IMG/VR virus record: IMGVR_UViG_3300009175_000062
Span: 1 to 29,043 of that record
Strand: one strand, 5' to 3'
Length of the DNA: 29,043 nucleotides
Source of the DNA: a virus
Taxonomy: Duplodnaviria > Caudoviricetes
The notes beneath the pieces are model-generated. The model was given only the letters and a program-made list of their open reading frames with translations, was not told where the DNA came from and did not search any database. Positions 8,942 to 17,157 of this stretch are shown one piece after another. Positions within the stretch are counted from its first letter, which is position 1. Every line of letters begins with the position of its first letter. Made by a program: the position numbers and the translations under genes.

Positions 8942-9754
8942 ATGTATACGAAAGTTGATGTTCTCAAGCCGGGCGACAATAAAGGCGTTGGCGGGGACAA
9001 GAAAGATAAACTCATCATCTTTGATTGGGATGATGTATTGACTATGCCGCAAAGGGATAGCAAAGGTATTGTGATCACCGGAAACATTGTTTTCAAGCCC
9101 AATACCTACCAGACTAAACTTTATGTAACCCAGAGCACGATCAAGGCCGGAGCTGACAGTGAAGGCGATCCTGATGCCAAGGGTATCACCCAGACTGTTG
9201 AAGGTTCGCACCCTGGAGATTCGGTTGAAATCAGGGAATTCCGTGCAAATTGGATGAACAAAAACATCGGGATCATCATTGAAAAATGTGGAACGCAGCG
9301 GAAGAATCTCTATGGAACACCCTGCGCGCCCTTACAAATGGTCTTTAAAGCCGAAGACGATAAGGACAAGAACAATACCACGTTCACCTTCAAGTCAATT
9401 CAGAAAGGCCCAGACGTAGCCGATTACCAGGGAACATTCACGTTCGATGCTCCGATTGCTACAGTGCCGGCAGCTATGGAAACGATTAATGTAGCAGCTG
9501 GTGAAGGACGTTATCAGTTAACCTCTGGAGTTGCTGGATGCAGAATCATGGGTCTTACAGGCGGTGTCGAAGGTGGTGTATACACCCTTGTAGGTAGCGG
9601 TGGCGCCCATCCTCCTGACATCAGTACGGATGAAGGTGAAATCATCCTTGAACATGGGATTAACTGGGTTGCGTTGGAAGGATCTGAGATCACACTCAGG
9701 GCTTACCCGATTGCAAACAATACGTTGACGTACTACGAACAAAGCAGGAAATAA
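8942..9754 (+). CDS. Virion structural protein, probable tail tube protein with C-terminal accessory domain
   Basis: Beta-rich 270 aa; follows the capsid gene, has its own terminator and precedes a frameshift gene pair. Confidence 0.5.
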   Translation: MYTKVDVLKPGDNKGVGGDKKDKLIIFDWDDVLTMPQRDSKGIVITGNIVFKPNTYQTKLYVTQSTIKAGADSEGDPDAKGITQTVEGSHPGDSVEIREFRANWMNKNIGIIIEKCGTQRKNLYGTPCAPLQMVFKAEDDKDKNNTTFTFKSIQKGPDVADYQGTFTFDAPIATVPAAMETINVAAGEGRYQLTSGVAGCRIMGLTGGVEGGVYTLVGSGGAHPPDISTDEGEIILEHGINWVALEGSEITLRAYPIANNTLTYYEQSRK

Positions 9755-9776
9755 GTCCAGTTTCCAGCAGGATATG

Positions 9777-9805
9777 AAAAGCCCGGCCATGTTGCCGGGC
9801 TTTTT
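9777..9805 (+). terminator. Rho-independent terminator
   Basis: AAAAGCCCGGC-CATGTT-GCCGGGCTTTTT. Confidence 0.85.
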
Positions 9806-9840
9806 GTCCTTTACCAGGTCTGAGCATCTTGATATGTTTG
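9806..9840 (+). promoter_or_regulatory. Late promoter copy 2 (GTCCTTTA-N19-TATGTTTG)
   Basis: Shared motif immediately after the terminator. Confidence 0.8.
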
Positions 9841-9871
9841 AACTTGATTAATCACTACTAAATTCATTGCA

Positions 9872-10279
9872 ATGAAAAACACGATCATAAATTTTTTTCG
9901 ACACGACCGGACATTCAAATCTGCCGTAAAGCTCTATCATGAGCATGGGAATAAAATTTCCCTTAAAAAGAGATTGAATGTGGAAAATGAAAATGAATTC
10001 CTCAAAGGAGTCCTCTTTGAAGAGTTACGCGCAATGGCCGGCATCCATCCGCAAATTTTCAGTACCATGATTTCAAACCAGGTTGTTCCCGAAACAAAGT
10101 CAATGGCTGTCAACGAAATCAAGGCACCGGTTGACTTAAAGAAAGCCAGAAAACCGGCAGTTAAGAAGGATGCAAAGCCAGCCGCCAAGAAAGAAGCGAA
10201 ACCTTCCATCAAGAAGGATTCAAAACCGGCGAAAGAAACAAAACCAAAAGGTGGCATCGGGGATTCCCCAAAAAAATAG
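9872..10279 (+). CDS. Hypothetical protein with Lys/Ala/Pro-rich tail; zero-frame product of a -1 frameshift pair
   Basis: Ends TCC CCA AAA AAA TAG; repeated KKxAKPA units. Confidence 0.75.
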   Translation: MKNTIINFFRHDRTFKSAVKLYHEHGNKISLKKRLNVENENEFLKGVLFEELRAMAGIHPQIFSTMISNQVVPETKSMAVNEIKAPVDLKKARKPAVKKDAKPAAKKEAKPSIKKDSKPAKETKPKGGIGDSPKK

Positions 10280-10761
10280 CCGTCAGTTCTGTACCTGCCT
10301 TCAGGATCAGGGATGAATTCCCTTTCCTAAGGGAGAAAACCTGCCCTCCAGAGCTGAAGATCCTTGTGGCAGATATGTTGACCGCACATGAGGCTTACCA
10401 GAGCGCTCATGTGTGGTTATTTTCGTGCTCCACACAACCGGAACTATTTCAGACGTCAAAAACTATCGTCGAAAACTATCTGGAGAACCGCAGGATCTGG
10501 GATGAACTGAATTTCTACAAAATCAACGGATCCCTGCTTGGCAAACATCCCATTTTCGAATCCTTACAGCGTAATGAGTTCATTCGCGGCTTGAAAACCG
10601 GAGAATTGGTCCAGCTCAAGATCCGGTTGGAAAACAACCTGGTACGCAACCGGTCTGCCCTTAAAAGGGACCCTCATTCCAAGGAGGCTGCCGCCCGAAT
10701 CGAGCGGATTGAAAAAATGGAGACAGAATTACTTGAAGTAAACCGTTTACTCAATATTTAG
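10267..10761 (+). CDS. -1 frame extension of the preceding ORF (fusion about 296 aa)
   Basis: The -1 frame is open from the slippery site (PKKIAVSSVPAFRIRDEFPFLREKTCPPELKILVADM...) into the listed ORF 10366-10761. Confidence 0.65.
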   Translation, partial: PKKIAVSSVPAFRIRDEFPFLREKTCPPELKILVADMLTAHEAYQSAHVWLFSCSTQPELFQTSKTIVENYLENRRIWDELNFYKINGSLLGKHPIFESLQRNEFIRGLKTGELVQLKIRLENNLVRNRSALKRDPHSKEAAARIERIEKMETELLEVNRLLNI

Positions 10762-11360
10762 TGGATCATCATAAGTTCTTTGATATAAACCATATTAGTT
10801 CTGAGATCAAGGGAAAGGGACCGGTTCAACAATCAGGCATCCATGTAGAAAAGTTTCTTCAGGTCCATGTTGAGAAGGTCGAAAGCATCAAGAATTTGGG
10901 CGGCAGATTCCCCAGGGATGGAGAGATCTACTTCCTGTGGACTGTAAAAAGCTTTAACGCTTTCACATTCATTCCCTATATCATCCATGAATGCGGATAT
11001 ATTGATGAGCTGATTCTTTCGACCTATTCCATCAACATCCGGATCATCGATGCGCTGATCCGCCTGGTTGATCTTAAAAAAATTGGTTCAGTAGAGATTT
11101 TTATCAGTGACTCGATCCGAAGCCGGTTGCCAAAAGTTAATGATCACCTCTCTGCCCTGGTTAAGAACTACCCGGTTCGCGTCACATATTGCTGGAATCA
11201 TTCCAAAATTACATTGATCCGCACCGGAAGTAATTATTTCTGTGCTGAAGGATCCGGCAACTGGGGTGAGAACGCACAACATGAACAATATATTTATCTG
11301 AATTCAAAGACTGTTTTTGAATTCCGCAAAAATGAAATACTCAATGTTACTAAAAGCTGA
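10761..11360 (+). CDS. Phospholipase D (HKD)-like domain protein, possible nuclease
   Basis: ILSTYS...HSKITLI...EGSGNW...EQ pattern of single-domain PLD-fold proteins. Confidence 0.7.
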   Translation: MDHHKFFDINHISSEIKGKGPVQQSGIHVEKFLQVHVEKVESIKNLGGRFPRDGEIYFLWTVKSFNAFTFIPYIIHECGYIDELILSTYSINIRIIDALIRLVDLKKIGSVEIFISDSIRSRLPKVNDHLSALVKNYPVRVTYCWNHSKITLIRTGSNYFCAEGSGNWGENAQHEQYIYLNSKTVFEFRKNEILNVTKS

Positions 11361-12231
11361 ACAATTAGACGAAATATCCAAACTAGCGGGTATCAATTAC
11401 TCGATAGAGGAGATTGCCATGTACCTGGATGTGGATCCGGATGAACTCGAACGGGAATATAACCTGGAAGATTCCGAGGTCAGATATCATTATAACCGGG
11501 GCCGGCTGGTTAACCAGGCACAAATCGATATGGCCAATATGGACCGGGCTAAGGATGGAAACCTTACATCCATTGAACAGTGGAAAAAGGACGCCAAAGC
11601 TAAGAAACTGGAGAATTTCAAAAGGCAGCTGCTCTTCGATAAAGAACGCAAGGAGTATGAATCAATTCAGGCCTTGGTTGAGAAAGGAGAAACCCGAAAC
11701 CTTCCAGAAAAGCTTGTTCAGTACTTTGAACAGATCGATTATATCCGTTGTGTAATTGGAAAATTTAAATCAAAAACCCAGGTCATCAACATGGTGGCTT
11801 TAAAATGGCCACAGCTCTCCAAATACGTGATCACAAACCTCTATTATGAGAGTATCAATTTCTTTAACCTGGATAATGAGGTAAAGCCGCTTGCCTGGGC
11901 AAACTTCTATGCGGATAAATTGGATAACATGTCGCTCATTGCCCTGGAAATGGGTTTGATGGAAGAGGCCAGACGCTGTCTCAAGGATGCTGCTGAGATG
12001 CGCGGTGTTGGAAAAGATAAGCCGTTCCAGATCCCGCCGGAATTACTTGAGCGTAAACCGATACTTTATACAATCAAATTACAAGATTTAGGTATCGAGC
12101 CGATAAGTCGGAATGTTCTGTCAGGCTGGATCGAGAATCTTCCTATAACATCTATCGAAAAAAGGAAGGCAAAACAGGATGCCATGATTGAAGATGTAAC
12201 CTTTGAACTGCTGGACCATGAAGAAAATTAA
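11344..12231 (+). CDS. Putative terminase small subunit region protein
   Basis: N-terminal HTH-like YSIEEIAMYLDVD; overlaps the terL start. Confidence 0.55.
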   Translation: MLLKAEQLDEISKLAGINYSIEEIAMYLDVDPDELEREYNLEDSEVRYHYNRGRLVNQAQIDMANMDRAKDGNLTSIEQWKKDAKAKKLENFKRQLLFDKERKEYESIQALVEKGETRNLPEKLVQYFEQIDYIRCVIGKFKSKTQVINMVALKWPQLSKYVITNLYYESINFFNLDNEVKPLAWANFYADKLDNMSLIALEMGLMEEARRCLKDAAEMRGVGKDKPFQIPPELLERKPILYTIKLQDLGIEPISRNVLSGWIENLPITSIEKRKAKQDAMIEDVTFELLDHEEN

Positions 12232-13903
12232 ACTAACGGCTGAAGATGCCGACTTGAGATATTCAAATTGGATTGCTACGCTGATTGACCTGATCAAACC
12301 GGCCAATCTTTACCTGATTGGTGGCCGTGGAACCGCAAAAAGTACCGATATTCTTGCAAAGAGGACCATCGATGTGATCTATGACATGCCCAGGGCCAGC
12401 TTTGCGTTCGTTTCAGACACCTACGTCAACCTTATGACGAATATTATCCCGGCCATTCTGCTGGGATGGGAGAACCGGCAGGAGTTTTTTGAGAAGTATC
12501 ATTTTGTTGTGGATGAACCGCCCCCTGATTGGTACGCAAAACCATACATTAAGACATTTTCTTTCAAACATACCATTTCAACCTTCAATGGTTGTAAATT
12601 CTTCCTGACATCATTGGACCGGCCAAGCTCCAATGCCGGGATCTCTGTTGTGCATCATTTTGGCGACGAGGCGAAGTATCTGCAGGAACAGAAACTTCGA
12701 AAGTTATTCCCCACCCTCAGGGGTGACTATGCGCTCTATGGCCATTCACACTATTTCATGGGGCAGACTTTCTGCTCAGATATGGCAGATCCCAGCGTGG
12801 GAGAAGATGACTGGATGTTGCGTATGGCTAAGAATATGGACAAGGAACAGATTCACATGATCCTTCAGGCAGCCATTGTTGTCAATGAAATTAACTGGGA
12901 ATTATATGAGGCAGAGCAGGAAGGGAATCAAAAAAAAATTGCCCTGGTTAAGAATAAGCAATCCAGATGGATGGAAAAACTCAAGAAGGTTCGCTATAAC
13001 AGTACCTTCTTCTATGTGGTCAGCTCATTCGCAAATGCCGATATCCTTACCCTTAAATATTTTGAGAACCTGCTGGCAACACTCACCTTCGAGGAATTCA
13101 AAACTGCCGTGCTATCAATCCGTAAATCCCTGGAGAAGGGTATGCGCTTCTATGCCGAGCTGGGTGATCGACACTTCTATGAAGATGGGTACAACTATGA
13201 CTACTATGACCACTTTGGAATTAGAGATAGTGTAAGCCAGACATCTGAAGGGTTGAAGTATATCCAGAAGGACCAGCCACTGGAGGGTGGATTTGATGCG
13301 GGGAACATGATGAGCCTGGTCATTGGTCAGGAACAGGGCAATACGATGCGCATCTTGAAAGGCATGCATACGATCAGTCCTGAGTGGATAAGGGAGTTAG
13401 GTGATAAGTTCATCACATTCTTTGCACCCCATAAGAAGAAGATCCTAACCCTGTATCATGACCGATCCACCAATCAGTATCGTAAGGTTGGTAAGGACTT
13501 CGCATCGCAACTGAAGCATGACATTGAGTATGATAAGGCAGGCAAACGAACAGGGTGGATGGTAAATCTTATGAACGTTGGTCAGGGTGATATCACCCAC
13601 GCTGAAGAGTTCAACCTGATGAATGTTATCCTGGGGGAGAAGGATAAGCGCCTGCCTCATGTTGCAATTGATAAGTTCGAATGCAAGGAACTTAAGAGCC
13701 AACTCGAGATAACGCCTGTAACCAAGGGTTCAAAGGGTCAAATACAAAAGGTCAAGAAGGGAGACAAACTTCCACCCTCTCGTCTGGCTTATGAGTCAAC
13801 CAACTATACGGATGCATTCAAGTATCTCATGTGTAGACCCAAGTGGTTGTCTATTGCTAAGCAAAAGCAAAGTCTAACCTTTTCCTCGATAAGTTTGAGA
13901 TAG
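12218..13903 (+). CDS. terL: Terminase large subunit
   Basis: Walker A GGRGTAKS, Walker B HHFGDE, RNase H-like GFDAG and C-terminal TDAFKY. Confidence 0.88.
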   Translation: MKKIKLTAEDADLRYSNWIATLIDLIKPANLYLIGGRGTAKSTDILAKRTIDVIYDMPRASFAFVSDTYVNLMTNIIPAILLGWENRQEFFEKYHFVVDEPPPDWYAKPYIKTFSFKHTISTFNGCKFFLTSLDRPSSNAGISVVHHFGDEAKYLQEQKLRKLFPTLRGDYALYGHSHYFMGQTFCSDMADPSVGEDDWMLRMAKNMDKEQIHMILQAAIVVNEINWELYEAEQEGNQKKIALVKNKQSRWMEKLKKVRYNSTFFYVVSSFANADILTLKYFENLLATLTFEEFKTAVLSIRKSLEKGMRFYAELGDRHFYEDGYNYDYYDHFGIRDSVSQTSEGLKYIQKDQPLEGGFDAGNMMSLVIGQEQGNTMRILKGMHTISPEWIRELGDKFITFFAPHKKKILTLYHDRSTNQYRKVGKDFASQLKHDIEYDKAGKRTGWMVNLMNVGQGDITHAEEFNLMNVILGEKDKRLPHVAIDKFECKELKSQLEITPVTKGSKGQIQKVKKGDKLPPSRLAYESTNYTDAFKYLMCRPKWLSIAKQKQSLTFSSISLR

Positions 13904-14245
13904 TTCGCCTAAGTGAAGGATCCTGCCATCTGGTGGGATTTTTTTTGCGCATTGCCCGCCCCGTGTGGGATTCACTCATATGTCCACCGGCGGCGAGGGG
14001 TGCACGTGCGCCGGCGCGGCTGAGCGGGTCGTGTAGAATCGTGAGATTTGTTTTTAAAAATGAATCGAAATTTTCGCAAAAATCGAAATTCCAGATATTT
14101 ACGGTTTTTGTGTTTAAAAAAAAGGGGCAAAGTTGCCCGTTCTCAACACAAAGTTGAATATTTGACTTCCTTTTTCTTTGATTATTGCCTGCAAAGAAAG
14201 AGGAAGCGAAAAAGAATACAGCTCATCCCACCCACACTATTACTC

Positions 14246-14429
14246 GAAATTTATAACAAAGCTACCGTAGGGAAACCCCTCGTCGCTTCGCTCCTTTTGA
14301 AATAGTAAAGGGCGATCTCCTGAAGGATCATATCGCTTTCAGTGTATTCAGTCCGATTGCTATCGGAATAGACCTACACCCTTGACTTTATTCAGTTTCC
14401 CCGGTGTGTTGCTTCGCAATTAAAATTTC
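14246..14429. promoter_or_regulatory. Fold-back leader of cassette 1
   Basis: Arms GAAATTTATAACAAAGCTACCGTAGGGAAAC / GTTTCCCCGGTGTGTTGCTTCGCAATTAAAATTTC; inner ATTCA..GACCT motif. Confidence 0.65.
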
Positions 14430-14467
14430 TTGTTCAATCGCGGCCACGCTGCACAAAACTCAACCTT

Positions 14468-14641
14468 ATGAAAGCCACTACAAACACTAAAGAACAGAAC
14501 TTAGTTGACATTCTCGCTGCTGAATTAGATGAAATCTATTATCCAGGCTATTCTGAAGAGATCATGAACTCTGATCCTCTGAAGTTCCAATTTGAACTTG
14601 ATGAGTTCAAAGGCCAGTTGGCCGAAGAAATTAAAAAGTAA
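14468..14641 (+). CDS. Small acidic protein (57 aa), not in the ORF track
   Basis: MKATTNTKEQNLVDILAAELDEIYYPGYSEEIMNSDPLKFQFELDEFKGQLAEEIKK; bounded by a leader and a terminator. Confidence 0.75.
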   Translation: MKATTNTKEQNLVDILAAELDEIYYPGYSEEIMNSDPLKFQFELDEFKGQLAEEIKK

Positions 14642-14650
14642 GAAGTACGG

Positions 14651-14677
14651 CGGCAGTCATAGACTGCCGTTTTTTTT
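14651..14677 (+). terminator. Rho-independent terminator
   Basis: CGGCAGTC-ATA-GACTGCCG followed by T8. Confidence 0.9.
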
Positions 14678-14720
14678 ATGCTCGTCCTGCTCGCAAGTTT
14701 AAATGCGTTGGCAAATCCAG

Positions 14721-14914
14721 GGCCATGGAGAGCGATGAGAATTTACAAAGTTATGCCATGGGAAAATATTTTTCGCTAAGCGTGACCGCCTAAAGGCATT
14801 GTCACCTTTCAGGATCATTCAAATTCACTGCCGCGAATTATGACCTGATCACTTGCTTAAAATTTTCTCCGAGGCATGCTGGTACTGGTAAATTTCATTT
14901 ACTCACCATCGGCC
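14721..14914. promoter_or_regulatory. Fold-back leader of cassette 2 (radC)
   Basis: GGCCATGGAGAG..AATTTAC..ATGCC..GAAAAT pairs with ATTTTC..GGCAT..GTAAATT..CTCACCATCGGCC. Confidence 0.7.
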
Positions 14915-14940
14915 ACACAGCTGATTAAAACTATCAGATT

Positions 14941-15642
14941 ATGAAAACTACTTATTCGAACACCATCCCGATGAGATCCTGGTCAGAAGATGATCTCCCA
15001 TCTGAAAAATTACTACTCAAGGGCAAAGCAAGCCTTTCAGATGCTGAGCTCCTGAGCCTGATCATAGGGTCCGGAATCCAGGGGAATAACTCACTTGATA
15101 TCGCTAAAAAGGTACTGGCATCATCGGCAAATAACCTATCTGATCTCTGGCGTCGCTCCTTCACAGACCTGCGGCAGATAGAAGGCATTGGCAAAGGGAA
15201 GGCTGTTCAGATCCTTGCCATGATGGAGCTGGGGCGCAGACGCTCTGAAAGTGAGGTATTCGCCAAGGCAAAGATTTCAACATCCAGGGATGCCTACGAT
15301 ATTCTTCATGCAGTACTGGGGGATCTACCATATGAAGAATTCTGGATGCTGATCCTTAACAAGGCAAACAAAGTGATCCGCAAAATAAAGATATCTGAAG
15401 GCGGTATCTCCGGAACGGTCGTAGATCCAAAGAAGATCTTTAAGATATCACTCGATTTTCACGCCTCCAGTATTATTCTCGGGCACAATCATCCAAGCGG
15501 AAACCTTCAGCCCAGTGAAGCGGATATCAAGATCACGAAAAAGCTCAAGGATTCGGGAATTCTTCTCGACATATCAGTACTGGATCATCTGATCATCGGA
15601 GATGACCGATACTATTCATTTGCAGATGAAGGGGCGATTTAA
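14941..15642 (+). CDS. radC: RadC family JAB-domain protein
   Basis: LSDAELL, HhH GIGKGKA, EEFW, HNHPSG...PSEAD, LDHLII. Confidence 0.95.
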   Translation: MKTTYSNTIPMRSWSEDDLPSEKLLLKGKASLSDAELLSLIIGSGIQGNNSLDIAKKVLASSANNLSDLWRRSFTDLRQIEGIGKGKAVQILAMMELGRRRSESEVFAKAKISTSRDAYDILHAVLGDLPYEEFWMLILNKANKVIRKIKISEGGISGTVVDPKKIFKISLDFHASSIILGHNHPSGNLQPSEADIKITKKLKDSGILLDISVLDHLIIGDDRYYSFADEGAI

Positions 15643-15672
15643 CCCATTGCTACCCGGTAATTCTGATTCTTT

Positions 15673-15708
15673 AAGCTGCTGTGTAACCCACAGCAGCTTT
15701 TTCTTTTT
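15673..15708 (+). terminator. Rho-independent terminator
   Basis: AAGCTGCTGTG-TAACC-CACAGCAGCTT followed by a T tract. Confidence 0.9.
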
Positions 15709-16020
15709 AAAAAATTGTAAAGTCATTATTTCAGCTAATTACACTTGTAAATGGCTTCCATTTGTGAAACATTTGAGCACCTTCAAATTGAACTTATTGC
15801 CTTCGTGTTACTTGATCCTGATGCAGCTTTAAAATTTAATGGCAGTAATTTTTGTGCAATTCCTATGCTAAGCTATTATCCCATTCCTGGGTAAAAGTGA
15901 TACTCATTCAAGAATTTTCCCGGCATATCCTGCATGTATTCGGTATTCCAGTTCCTTCTTGAGTGCCCTTACATGGTCTTAATTACACTTGCATATAAAT
16001 TTCACTTAAAAATCACAGCC

Positions 16021-16332
16021 ATGAAAAAATTTGTAAAAAACTACATCGGAAAAGGAAAGAAAGTTGAAGGACTTGAAATCATTAAGATCAATTTTAAAGT
16101 TGAAGATCTCGTGAAGTTCTCTCACAAATACAAAGGGGAAGACTACATCTCAATTGAAATTGCGAAGCTCAAGAGCCCGGACCAATTCGGACATAACTAT
16201 ACTGCTTATGTAAACCGCCTTGAAGAATCTAAAGAGAATGACCAGGTATCGAAAAGTGAAAATCCGAAAAAGAAAGGATCTGCTTCAAAGAAAGTATCAA
16301 AGAAGGTATCATCCGAGGATTTTCCATTCTGA
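16021..16332 (+). CDS. Small beta-rich protein with SSB-like acidic C-terminus (EDFPF)
   Basis: ATG at 16021 follows an A-rich leader; low-complexity linker ends in an SSB-Ct-like tip. Confidence 0.7.
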   Translation: MKKFVKNYIGKGKKVEGLEIIKINFKVEDLVKFSHKYKGEDYISIEIAKLKSPDQFGHNYTAYVNRLEESKENDQVSKSENPKKKGSASKKVSKKVSSEDFPF

Positions 16333-16352
16333 TCCCAAATAGAATGTCTGAG

Positions 16353-16386
16353 AAAGACCGCCCTTCGGGACGGTCTTTTTTTATTT
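16353..16386 (+). terminator. Rho-independent terminator
   Basis: AAAGACCG-CCC-TTCG-GGA-CGGTCTTT with a UUCG loop and T tract. Confidence 0.85.
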
Positions 16387-16581
16387 GGCCTATCACTACT
16401 CAAAATTTAAGGCAAAGTTAGCCTCATGAAAATATCATGTCACTAAATGCAACCTCCTGCAGGATCCGTTGCCCGTTGGGTTCATTCAAATTCCCGGGAC
16501 CGGGAATTGTGACCTGAACGTTTGTGCCAGAATTTTCATTCCGGCTGTGGATGATGGCATAAATTTTAACCAGGCGGGCCA
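16386..16581. promoter_or_regulatory. Fold-back leader of cassette 4
   Basis: TGGCC..AAAATTTA..AGCC..ATGAAAAT pairs with ATTTTCAT..GGCT..TAAATTTT..GGCCA; inner GTTCATTCA..GACCTGAAC. Confidence 0.7.
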
Positions 16582-16619
16582 GATGCCGACATAAGTCTCC
16601 AGGGCAGGAGCAAAACATT

Positions 16620-17045
16620 ATGACAAAGATTACATCACCTGTACAGCAGCCGACAAACGGGAAGGCTGCATCTTCGGATGTAAAAAAGATTGCCGATACG
16701 GCAAACACAATCCTCTCTAATCCATCTGTCGAAGAAAAGAAGATTGTTGTTCCCGTTGCACTGCTTTCGGAGCCCAGGAAGGAAATGACTCTCCAGGAGA
16801 AGATCATGAAAATTGAGAACCTGCAGCTGGTGGTTGGTAAACGCGAAAAATTGGTTGCCACCCGCTCTGAACTCGACCGCTTCCAGATCTCCTCCAATGA
16901 TTTCAATTGCACCATGAGATTGAATGACTCAGACGGGAATGTGTTTTCTACCAATTTCACTCCCGGGATCAAGAAAGTCATTGAGTTCCTTAAAGGATCA
17001 TTTGATGCAAGTATCGCTGAGGTTGAGAAAAAGATAAATTTCTAG
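16620..17045 (+). CDS. Hypothetical protein (disordered N-terminus, coiled coil)
   Basis: 141-aa ORF between a leader and a terminator. Confidence 0.75.
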   Translation: MTKITSPVQQPTNGKAASSDVKKIADTANTILSNPSVEEKKIVVPVALLSEPRKEMTLQEKIMKIENLQLVVGKREKLVATRSELDRFQISSNDFNCTMRLNDSDGNVFSTNFTPGIKKVIEFLKGSFDASIAEVEKKINF

Positions 17046-17063
17046 CTGTCTTTGCTTAGTTCG

Positions 17064-17096
17064 GGAGTTCCGTAAAAAAACGGAACTCCTTTTTTT
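17064..17096 (+). terminator. Rho-independent terminator
   Basis: GGAGTTCCGT-A-rich loop-ACGGAACTCC followed by T7. Confidence 0.9.
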
Positions 17097-17119
17097 ATGT
17101 TCGTAGCCGGCAATTCCTT

Positions 17120-17154
17120 GTCCTTTAAAAAATTTCCTGGTCAAAGTATGTTTG
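17120..17154 (+). promoter_or_regulatory. Late promoter copy 3 (GTCCTTTA-N19-TATGTTTG)
   Basis: Positioned to restart late transcription after the island; ATG only 3 nt downstream. Confidence 0.8.
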
Positions 17155-17157
17155 CTT

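Noticed and set aside
13933-14305. ORFs 13933-14157 and 14048-14305
   Set aside because: Weak starts, low-complexity translations over A/T tracts and hairpins; more likely non-coding
14941-15642. radC as a host gene marking the prophage boundary
   Set aside because: Phage morphogenesis genes with the same late promoter continue on both sides, and no att site or integrase is seen
13904-17119. Island as an IS element or integron
   Set aside because: No transposase or integrase, no terminal inverted repeats or target duplication found, and the hairpins lack attC GTTRRRY/RYYYAAC ends
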